DNA of 37,520 bases from positions 1 to 37,520 of the forward strand of contig DBIS01000230.1 of NCBI GenBank assembly GCA_002296975.1. The letters run 5' to 3'. The stretch is from Deltaproteobacteria bacterium UBA796. GTDB taxonomy: Bacteria > Myxococcota_A > UBA796. The notes below the pieces were generated by a model. It did not search any database, was not told the origin of the DNA, and saw only the letters and a program-made list of their open reading frames with translations. Shown here piece by piece: positions 18,205 to 27,103 of this stretch. Numbering within the stretch: position 1 is the stretch's first letter; every line of letters starts with the position of its first letter. The translations under genes and the position numbers were made by a program.

Positions 18205-20748
18205 CTATCGGAGTAAAAAGAGTGAGAGGTCTTCGAAAGTGGCGATGACCGCGAGGCAGAAGAGCATCATCAGCAAGAAGGGTGCGGTGGCTTTGATAAC
18301 CGTGATGATATTCTTATTGAACACAGTCGACGAGACGAAGAGGTTTACGCCCATTGGTGGGGTGAGGTAGCCCAGCTCCAAGTTGACGATGAACATGATT
18401 CCGAAGTGGATGGGGTCCATGCCGTAGCTGACGGCGATGGGAGCCAACAGGGGCGCCACGATCAAGATGGCGCTGATGATCTCCATCACGCAGCCGAGGG
18501 CAAGTAAGAACAAATTGCAGAGAATCAGGAACTGCCACTTGGAGCTGACGACCGTTTGCAGCCATTCTGCGGCAGCTTGGGGCACCATTTGCTCGGAGAG
18601 GAATTTGTTGAATGCGATGGCGAGCACAATGATCAAAAACAATGAGCCCATCATCACGCCGGAGTCAGCCAAGATTTTAGGCAGGCGTCGAATGGACATT
18701 TCGCGGTGAATAAACAGCTCGACGAACAAAGCGTAGACAACCGCCACTGCGGCCGCCTCGGTCACTGTGAATTTGAGGGGCCCTAAGATTCCGTAAATGC
18801 CGCCTAAAATCATCACTGGGAGCATCAGGGAGGGGATGGAGCGTTTGAGCTGCTTAAAGACATTATTGCTGTAGCTACCGTCATATTCGACGGGGCGGAT
18901 ATTGTTTCCAGGGGCATCGGGGCGGGTTTGGTACATCGTGTAGATCACCAAGACTGAAGCGATAAATAAGCCAGGTAGGATTCCCGCAATAAACAGATCG
19001 TTTGGCGACACTTGGAAGTCTTGACTGGACACCATGATCGCAAAGATGATCATGGGTACCGATGGTGGGATGATGATGCCCAGAGATCCGGCGGAAGTCA
19101 GCACCCCGAGTGAGTAGTTTTCTGGGTAGCGCTCTTCGACCAGCATTGGAAACATAATCGAGCCCACCGCGATGACGGTGACCGGGCTCGAGCCAGAGAT
19201 GGCGGCAAAGATCACGCAGGCGAAGATGGTGGCGATCCCGAGTCCACCTGGGGTTTTACCCATGACGGCTCGGGCGAGTGCCACGAGGCGGTTGGCGATG
19301 GACCCTTGGGTCATGATGTTGCCCGCCAGCACGAAGAATGGAATGGCCAGTAATTCTTCCTTTTTGACGGCCTCGTACATGTCTTTGGCGACGATGTAGC
19401 CCGAGATGTCCTGAATGAGGGTGACGCAGGCCACCGAAGCAACACCGACGGTCAAAAACAGGGGTGCACCCACCAAAATAAGCAGGACCGCACCCATAAA
19501 GATGAGGGTAGGTGTGCCGATTCCAAGGGTGGCGACCAGGCCGATCAGGATACCTGGAAGCAGGCCTGCGATGATGAGGTCTCGGGCGGCTCGCTTGTTC
19601 GGTGGCTGAAGTTCGATGGCCACCCCGTCCTTGCCAGGGGGAGGCAGGATATGAGTCTCCTCAAAAGTTCCGCTAAATGCGAGGCCCAAAAAGCGCAGGG
19701 CCATGATGAGAAAGGACAATGGAATGACGGCCTGAGCAAGCCACAGGGGGAACTTTTGGCCGGCGGCTGTCTCCTCTTGGAGTTGCTCTACCGATGGGCC
19801 ATCGACGAGCCCGAGAAGGGCGTCGAGTTCGGCGTCGAGTGCGTCTGCGCCCATGGCGTCTTCGGCAACCTTTTCTGCCTGGGTTTGGAGGTTGGACCAG
19901 ACATGGGCCTCGCCGTCAGCGTTGCCCGGTGTCCACCAGGCGCCGAGCATTGCGAGCGCAAGTAAAAACAGGCTGACCGAACCCACCACTGACAAGGCCA
20001 GCCTGTCCCAAACAATGGGTGTGAGCGGGGCCTTGTCATCTGCCTCTGGGGTGGGGATGTCCATTCGCCGCATGCGACGGAGCGCAAGGCTCGAGCCAAA
20101 AAACCCGATGACCGCTGCAAGTGTAAGAACGACGCCAATCCCAGTCTGACCTAAAATTGCATCGCCCAATAAATTGACCGGGCTGATTAGCCAGCCCCAT
20201 AGGGGTAGGGCATCTTGGCCCGAGCCACTCACCAAACTTTCGTCGACAAGGGCGATGGCGTAGTCCGAAAATGTCCAGCAAAATCCAGCGGCAGTCAGGG
20301 CTGAAAATCGCTTTGCCAGGCGTGCTGCTTTGCCTGATAAAAGGCGCTCGGTGGCATCCACAGCCAGATGCTTGCGCTCTCGGGCGGCCAAAGATGCGCC
20401 TAAAAACCCGACCCATACCATCAACACAACCGCCATATTGGGGCCGCCCTGAATCTCTAGATCGACGAAGGAGACCTCTCGGCGCAGATAGTCCAAAAAG
20501 GACAGGCCGGTCATCGCGAGCATGGCGACACCAATGAATGCCTTTTCGACATTGGCCCACATGCGATCAGCCTCAGTGGCCACGGCCTTGACGATGGCGA
20601 GCGCTCCGGACACGACCAATATGATGCCGAAAACCAGGTTTGACAGCGGGCCGTCGGCCAAGCTGCTCCAGGTGTTGGCGATGGTGCGGTCGAGGGTGTT
20701 TACCGCTCGTTCGACCTGCTTAAATACAGCGTTGATGGGCGATGCCAT
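18205..20748 (-). CDS. TRAP transporter fused small/large permease (DctQ-DctM fusion), unusually long
   Basis: 847 aa. The N-terminal part has the DctQ-like signature RERKHLAVD, and the C-terminal roughly 460 aa is DctM-like (FFVLAGNIM, GSSPVT, LTPPMGVNLF). A hydrophilic acidic insert lies at about aa 271-333. Confidence 0.88.
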   Translation of the reverse strand: MASPINAVFKQVERAVNTLDRTIANTWSSLADGPLSNLVFGIILVVSGALAIVKAVATEADRMWANVEKAFIGVAMLAMTGLSFLDYLRREVSFVDLEIQGGPNMAVVLMVWVGFLGASLAARERKHLAVDATERLLSGKAARLAKRFSALTAAGFCWTFSDYAIALVDESLVSGSGQDALPLWGWLISPVNLLGDAILGQTGIGVVLTLAAVIGFFGSSLALRRMRRMDIPTPEADDKAPLTPIVWDRLALSVVGSVSLFLLALAMLGAWWTPGNADGEAHVWSNLQTQAEKVAEDAMGADALDAELDALLGLVDGPSVEQLQEETAAGQKFPLWLAQAVIPLSFLIMALRFLGLAFSGTFEETHILPPPGKDGVAIELQPPNKRAARDLIIAGLLPGILIGLVATLGIGTPTLIFMGAVLLILVGAPLFLTVGVASVACVTLIQDISGYIVAKDMYEAVKKEELLAIPFFVLAGNIMTQGSIANRLVALARAVMGKTPGGLGIATIFACVIFAAISGSSPVTVIAVGSIMFPMLVEERYPENYSLGVLTSAGSLGIIIPPSVPMIIFAIMVSSQDFQVSPNDLFIAGILPGLFIASVLVIYTMYQTRPDAPGNNIRPVEYDGSYSNNVFKQLKRSIPSLMLPVMILGGIYGILGPLKFTVTEAAAVAVVYALFVELFIHREMSIRRLPKILADSGVMMGSLFLIIVLAIAFNKFLSEQMVPQAAAEWLQTVVSSKWQFLILCNLFLLALGCVMEIISAILIVAPLLAPIAVSYGMDPIHFGIMFIVNLELGYLTPPMGVNLFVSSTVFNKNIITVIKATAPFLLMMLFCLAVIATFEDLSLFLLR

Positions 20749-20754
20749 ATCGAA

Positions 20755-21759
20755 TCAGTCCCCGAGTTTGCCGACCACAGACTTATAGGTGGGGATCAGG
20801 TCGCGGTGTGTGGCCAAAAAGCTCTTGTGGACGGCTCTGGTTTTTGCTTTGAGCACAGCCCGCTCGGCATCGGTCAGGGCGATGACCTTCTTGCCCATGC
20901 TTCGGATGGTATCCAGAAGCTCGTCTTCAAGGGCGCGAACAGCCAAGCGACCGCGGGCAGACTCGGCGAGTGGGTCGCCGATGACGACCTTTTGAAGCTC
21001 TGGAGGCAGGGAGTCGAGAAAGACCTTTGAGTAGACCACGGCTGCGGGTTGATAAATATGCCTGGACAAAGTGTAGTGGCTGACAGGCTCAATCCACCCA
21101 GCAGCTAGAGAGAACAAAGCGGTGTTGTCGAAGCCGTCAACGATGCCGGTGTTGAGCGCAGGGAGGACCTCGGAGGTGGGCTTGGCCACGGCCTGAACAC
21201 CCAACATCTTGTACATATCCAAGTGTACTGGGTTTTCTTGGGCCCGCATTTTGTATTTGGAAAGCTGCTCCGGGTTTGAGGCGGGGCCGTTGGTCGCAAA
21301 GTTACGCCATCCGTTTTCGGCCCACCCGCCCAATACGAAACCCTTGGCCTCAAGTGCAGACTTTGTGGGCTCAAACAAGACCTCATCCAAGACAGCATCA
21401 GCTTGGGCGTTGGTGGAAAACAAGTATGGAAGCTCGATCATGGACAAGATGGGTATGTCCAATGCCTCGCCCATTGCACCCGTTGAAAAGCCTCCGCCTT
21501 GGATACGTTCTCCGCGGGCGACATCCTGAATGCACTCGATCTCGGAGCCCAATGACCCGCCCAAGAACAGCTTGACCTGAATCCGACCGCCACTCTCTGA
21601 CTCGATCCGCCGTTCGACATCTCGGAGTTGCTTGGCCCAAGGCGTGTTGTCAGGGGCGACGGTAGCGAAGTTCATGACGAACTCCGCCTCGGCGTGGGCC
21701 GTTGAGCCAAGGGCGGCGAAGGCAGCCAGAGAAGCGATGAGAATGGCGGGTGTGCGCAT
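20755..21759 (-). CDS. TRAP transporter substrate-binding protein (DctP family)
   Basis: 334 aa with signal peptide MRTPAILIASLAAFAALGSTAHA and DctP-family features, including an ENGWRNF segment that appears to hold the family's conserved Arg. Confidence 0.85.
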   Translation of the reverse strand: MRTPAILIASLAAFAALGSTAHAEAEFVMNFATVAPDNTPWAKQLRDVERRIESESGGRIQVKLFLGGSLGSEIECIQDVARGERIQGGGFSTGAMGEALDIPILSMIELPYLFSTNAQADAVLDEVLFEPTKSALEAKGFVLGGWAENGWRNFATNGPASNPEQLSKYKMRAQENPVHLDMYKMLGVQAVAKPTSEVLPALNTGIVDGFDNTALFSLAAGWIEPVSHYTLSRHIYQPAAVVYSKVFLDSLPPELQKVVIGDPLAESARGRLAVRALEDELLDTIRSMGKKVIALTDAERAVLKAKTRAVHKSFLATHRDLIPTYKSVVGKLGD

Positions 21760-21769
21760 GATTGTGTCC

Positions 21770-22639
21770 TTAGTTGACGAAGAGGTCTGAGCGTTTGGCT
21801 TTCAGGTTCTTGGCCTTGAGTTGCTCTGCGCGATTCTCTGGTGCGATTTCGGGGATGGCTTCAGGATCGGCGGCAAGCACTTCGTCGAGGAGCTTGATGA
21901 ACAAGGCAGCGTCTTGCTTTTTAGTGGCGTAGTACTTGGCCTTGAGCACCTTGGTGCCAAGATAATTTGGCTCAATGGAGATGGACTCATCCATTTTCAA
22001 CAAGGCTTTGTCGATATCACCGCCTGCAAAGCCAGGAGCAACAGCGTAAACAACGCCGAAGTACCGGTCTGGTCCCGCGTAGAAGTAGTTTTCGTCGAGC
22101 TCCTCTACCTTGGCGATATATCCTTTAACGGTGTCCTTGTGCTTGATTAGCGTGGAGAAGCCTTTGAGCTTCGCCCACTTACCGAGGGCAGAGGCGGCCC
22201 AATACAAACAACCCGCGTCGTCGATGCTCATCACTCGAATGGCGGTGCGCTCGGTCTCGTCGCCTTTTTGAAGCAGGTCTGTGAACTCGGTGTTCACGGC
22301 CATACAGCGTCCACCCCATTGGACGGCAGTGTCCCAGGCAGCCAGCTTTTCTTCCTCGACATCTGTTTTTACATCGCCCCAAAAGTACCACCCTCGGGTG
22401 AGCAATGTGGCGGCCTCGCGGTTGGTGGGGTCGGCCGTGTATGCGGCTTCAAATTTGTCCAATGCAGCTTTGAGCTTTTGGGCGTCATCGCGACCTTGCC
22501 ATAAGGTGAGTCCTTCTTGGTACAAGGTCGCAGATTCTGCTGCGGTACCGCTGGCAGAACCTTGTTCATAGGTGGCGGAGTGCTTTTCGAAGCAGCCGAC
22601 AAGGCTGAAGGACAGGGCGAAACAGGAGAAAATACGCAT
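21770..22639 (-). CDS. TatT-like TPR lipoprotein (TRAP-T-associated TPR component)
   Basis: The track ORF was trimmed to the ATG at 22637..22639, preceded by GGAG. The N-terminus MRIFSCFALSFSLVGC has a lipobox. The protein is helical and repeat-rich, with YWAASALGKWAK and GPDRYFGVVYAVAPGFAGGDIDKA, which resemble the TatT family. It sits directly upstream of dctP. Confidence 0.7.
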   Translation of the reverse strand: MRIFSCFALSFSLVGCFEKHSATYEQGSASGTAAESATLYQEGLTLWQGRDDAQKLKAALDKFEAAYTADPTNREAATLLTRGWYFWGDVKTDVEEEKLAAWDTAVQWGGRCMAVNTEFTDLLQKGDETERTAIRVMSIDDAGCLYWAASALGKWAKLKGFSTLIKHKDTVKGYIAKVEELDENYFYAGPDRYFGVVYAVAPGFAGGDIDKALLKMDESISIEPNYLGTKVLKAKYYATKKQDAALFIKLLDEVLAADPEAIPEIAPENRAEQLKAKNLKAKRSDLFVN

Positions 22640-22810
22640 GGATGCTCCGATATTAGGGGTAACTGTTGGCACAGGCTGAGTATTGGTCCTCTTGAACCAT
22701 GTCAACGGGTGGGGGTGCGCCATGGTGACATCCTTACATCGCTGTGACCGGAGGACTTGCCCTGGTACCCCTCAGGGGCTACAACTGGCCTCCCGAATGA
22801 GAACCAATAG

Positions 22811-24292
<1,482 letters not shown>

Positions 24293-24319
24293 GTATTGGG
24301 CCGCCTCAGGGTAGACCTC

Positions 24320-24351
24320 AAAAAAAACGCCGGCGTAATGCCGGCGTTTTT
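24320..24351. terminator. Bidirectional intrinsic terminator between convergent guaB and rplC
   Basis: A perfect 12-bp stem pairs AAAAACGCCGGC (24323..24334) with GCCGGCGTTTTT (24340..24351) around a 5-nt loop, GTAAT. The A-run on one side and T-run on the other allow termination in both directions. Confidence 0.85.
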
Positions 24352-24368
24352 AATTGAAAACCGAGGAC

Positions 24369-25010
24369 CTATTTGATGGCCTTTCGGATTTCGAGGACGG
24401 TACCGATGGCGCCGGGGACTCCGCCCTTGACGAACAAGAGGTTGCGCTCAGTATCGATCTTGGCGACTTCGATGTTCTGAATGGTCACCCGTGCATTGCC
24501 GAGTTGCCCAGGCATTTTCTTACCCTTGAGAACGTGACCCGGGGTAAGCCGGCAACCGATTGAACCACCGTGACGGAAGAACTCGTGAGTACCGTGGGTC
24601 CGAATGAAGCCCTTGAAGTTGTACTTTTTCATGACGCCGCCGAAGCCGCGCCCCTTGGAGATACCCGATACGTCGACGAGCTCGCCCTCGGTAAATACAT
24701 CAGCGACAGCGACATCAGCGCCCACTTCGAAGCCGGCGGTGTCGGCCAAGCGAAATTCGCGGACGGTGGCCCGAGGCGTGACGCCAGCTTTCTGGAAGTT
24801 ACCGAGTTGTGCTTTGGTGAAGCCCTTCTCGCTCTTCTTGCCGTGGCCGAGTTGAACTGCACTGTAGCGGTCGTTGCCGTCAGCGGATTTGATTCCGAGA
24901 ACAACATTCGATGATGCGTCGAGTACGGTGACGGGAGTGACGACGCCACTCTCGGCGAATAAGCGGGTCATACCGATCTTTTTGGCCAAAAGGCCCTTCG
25001 TTGCTGCCAT
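24369..25010 (-). CDS. rplC: 50S ribosomal protein L3, encoded outside any S10-operon context
   Basis: 213 aa, full-length L3 with GLLAKKIGMTRLF, VSGISKGRGFGGVMKKYNF, HGGSIG..TPG..KGKKMPGQLG and NLLFVKGGVPGA. It has a strong RBS (GAGGTAAATC-ATG). No rpsJ lies upstream and no rplD lies downstream. Confidence 0.93.
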   Translation of the reverse strand: MAATKGLLAKKIGMTRLFAESGVVTPVTVLDASSNVVLGIKSADGNDRYSAVQLGHGKKSEKGFTKAQLGNFQKAGVTPRATVREFRLADTAGFEVGADVAVADVFTEGELVDVSGISKGRGFGGVMKKYNFKGFIRTHGTHEFFRHGGSIGCRLTPGHVLKGKKMPGQLGNARVTIQNIEVAKIDTERNLLFVKGGVPGAIGTVLEIRKAIK

Positions 25011-25108
25011 GATTTACCTCGCATTGGACGGCGTCTTGCGCCTTCTTACGTGTTGGGTCTGCGAATTGAGACCCCGCGATTTAGCCCGGCATGGGTCGGA
25101 CAGCAAAT

Positions 25109-26293
25109 TTAACCGCCGCAGTACAGGGCTGATGCGCTCAGGGCGACCGGCCAATCGCTGGTGGCTGGGTCACTGCTGAGTATGTGGAGGATATTTTGGT
25201 CGCTCTCGGGGTAACTGGATTCCATGCATGGGGAGGTGGCGATATAGTCCACGCCGACCGTGGTGTTGGCGCCGGGCTCAAGGGTGAGAGGCCCTGCCCA
25301 TGAGAGCCAAAATTCGCCACAGGCGCTAATGATGTCGTTATTGAGAATCAGAGACGAGACCGTCAGGGGCATATCGCCGGCGTTGCTCAGGACCACCGCA
25401 CCATTGGCGGTGCAGCCCATGCCCGAAGGTGGAGACATGCTCAGGGTGTCTGAGCCGCCCGAAGCGGAGGACACCGCGAGCATCGGAGCGCAGACGGTGC
25501 AATCAGAGTCTGAGCCCTCGCCTGATAAGGGGATTAAAATCCCACCATCGGCAGTGTCGGCATCGATGTCGAGTACGGCATTGTAGCTCTGGATCTCGAA
25601 GGGGCTAAAACCCACTTGTACGGTCTGGGTTTGACCTGGGCGAATCACGATGGGCACTGAAAAATCCGCTTCAATCTGAAACACATATGTATTCGATGAG
25701 GTCAGGCGAGAAATCAACAGATCACCGGCGCCGGTGTTGGTCAACTGAAGCGCGCGCCAGGAGGTCTCTGCGATGGCGATCGGGCCGAAATCCAAGGACT
25801 CAGGAAATGGGGTGATGGTTCCGGCGGTGGGGCTGGTGCCTGAATCGGTGCCTGTGCCCTCTTCTACACCCGAGCCTTTGAGTTGAAGTTCGGCATATCC
25901 GACCTCACCGGCGATACCGATGCTCAGTTTTCCTGAATATGGACCCAGAGACGGTGGTGCGAAAGTAACGCTCCCAGTCGCGATCGTACCTGAGGACAAC
26001 TCCATGGGCAGAACGAGGTCCGAGCCCAGGGAAAAGCCGGTCCCTTCAATAAATGCCGTAGAGATGGTGATTGCATCTGCGCTGTCATTATCGATAATCA
26101 GCGTGTCGGTCATTTCAGAGCCGAGTGCCACCGAGCCGAACTCAAAGGTGGCAGGGAGGATCTGAAGTCCGCCAAAGGCGATAACGTCGTCACTGGTGTT
26201 TGAGCCACCAGAGTCAACAGCATCCTTTTGAGGCAGTGGGCCGCCACATGCAAAGAGGAGGCAGCTTGCGATGATGTTCAGATGATGGCGCAT
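25109..26293 (-). CDS. Lipoprotein with three Ig-like (choice-of-anchor D / ASH-type) repeats
   Basis: 394 aa starting MRHHLNIIASCLLFAC (lipobox). Three modules of about 110 aa each begin FEFGSVALGSEMTDTLIIDNDSADAITI, LDFGPIAIAETSWRALQLTNTGAGDLLI and CTANGAVVLSNAGDMPLTVSSL. Several Cys pairs sit in the last module. It lies 57 nt downstream of the GltH-like gene. Confidence 0.65.
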   Translation of the reverse strand: MRHHLNIIASCLLFACGGPLPQKDAVDSGGSNTSDDVIAFGGLQILPATFEFGSVALGSEMTDTLIIDNDSADAITISTAFIEGTGFSLGSDLVLPMELSSGTIATGSVTFAPPSLGPYSGKLSIGIAGEVGYAELQLKGSGVEEGTGTDSGTSPTAGTITPFPESLDFGPIAIAETSWRALQLTNTGAGDLLISRLTSSNTYVFQIEADFSVPIVIRPGQTQTVQVGFSPFEIQSYNAVLDIDADTADGGILIPLSGEGSDSDCTVCAPMLAVSSASGGSDTLSMSPPSGMGCTANGAVVLSNAGDMPLTVSSLILNNDIISACGEFWLSWAGPLTLEPGANTTVGVDYIATSPCMESSYPESDQNILHILSSDPATSDWPVALSASALYCGG

Positions 26294-26350
26294 GGTGCCC
26301 AGATTAGCCTGTCTTATGCGTCACGCCACATGGCGAAGCGCCTCGCACCA

Positions 26351-27064
26351 TCAAAAAGTGTACTTGATGGTGGCTGTAGCTGACAGGCCGAAGTCGAACC
26401 CGACGGCATATAGCGCGTCGATATCTGCACCCACTGAAAAGTGTGACATCTTGGTGTAGTACTCAAAAGTTGGGCCACCCATGACCACCGGGTGCGGCTC
26501 TTCGTGGACCGTAGGGACATACCCCCACTCTTTGCCCGTGACATCCTCTTCGTAGGTCTGGCGGTCCATCAAGAGCGGCGTGAACATCATCCCGCCACCG
26601 ACGCGCATACCAATGCCGAAACGCCGTGTTGGGTAGACGCTGAATTCGTAGAGCCCGACGATGGTGTAGCTTCGAATATCGCCCTGAATACAGTTTTGCT
26701 TTTCTACACAACCGGCGAGCGTTTGCTCATCAAAAGCGGTGCCATTATTGATGCCTTGGAAGAAGCTGACCTCCCATGCCATCGACATATCTTCTTGGTC
26801 GTAAAAGTCTTGGCCCACCGCCAAGGCGATGGATGTGCCCGGCTGGAGCCACTCAGCATGGGGTCCGAAGGAAAGGCCCACGCCGACATTTGTCTTGGCG
26901 TAGGTACCCTTGATGATTTCGCGGACTGCGCGCTTTACTTTTGGCTTTTCGCCCCGCTCCTCCGCATCATATTCTTCATAGCTCTGCGCCATGGCGTCGG
27001 TGGTGCCGAAGAAGGCGGTAAGGCTGAGGAGTGCAACTGTTTTCATGGTGCTCATGTGCGTCAA
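26351..27064 (-). CDS. Outer-membrane beta-barrel protein (GltH/NfsH-like by position)
   Basis: Signal peptide MKTVALLSLTAFFGTTDAMA, alternating hydrophobic strands and a C-terminal ...ATIKYTF with an aromatic terminus. The true start is probably the ATG at 27055 or 27046, because the track start is TTG. Confidence 0.65.
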   Translation of the reverse strand: MTHMSTMKTVALLSLTAFFGTTDAMAQSYEEYDAEERGEKPKVKRAVREIIKGTYAKTNVGVGLSFGPHAEWLQPGTSIALAVGQDFYDQEDMSMAWEVSFFQGINNGTAFDEQTLAGCVEKQNCIQGDIRSYTIVGLYEFSVYPTRRFGIGMRVGGGMMFTPLLMDRQTYEEDVTGKEWGYVPTVHEEPHPVVMGGPTFEYYTKMSHFSVGADIDALYAVGFDFGLSATATIKYTF

Positions 27065-27103
27065 ATCCGTGGCTTCGCGTCATTAACCCGTTGGGTCAGC
27101 AGA

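Noticed and set aside
22768-22778. The palindrome CCCCT-C-AGGGG (extended as GTACCCCTCAGGGGCTAC) in the divergent tatT/guaB intergenic region, considered as a possible operator.
   Set aside because: It is short, occurs once, and matches no regulator site I can name. I could not place it relative to a confident promoter.
24369-25010. rplC considered as a decayed pseudogene copy.
   Set aside because: The ORF is full length with all the conserved L3 blocks I can recognise, has a strong RBS, and is followed by a proper terminator.
25055-25074. The hairpin GGGTCT-N8-AGACCC in the 98-nt spacer upstream of rplC, considered as a terminator for the lipoprotein gene or an L3 autoregulatory leader.
   Set aside because: No U-run follows it on the minus strand, and the stem is only 6 bp. 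There is not enough evidence to call either a terminator or a regulatory structure.
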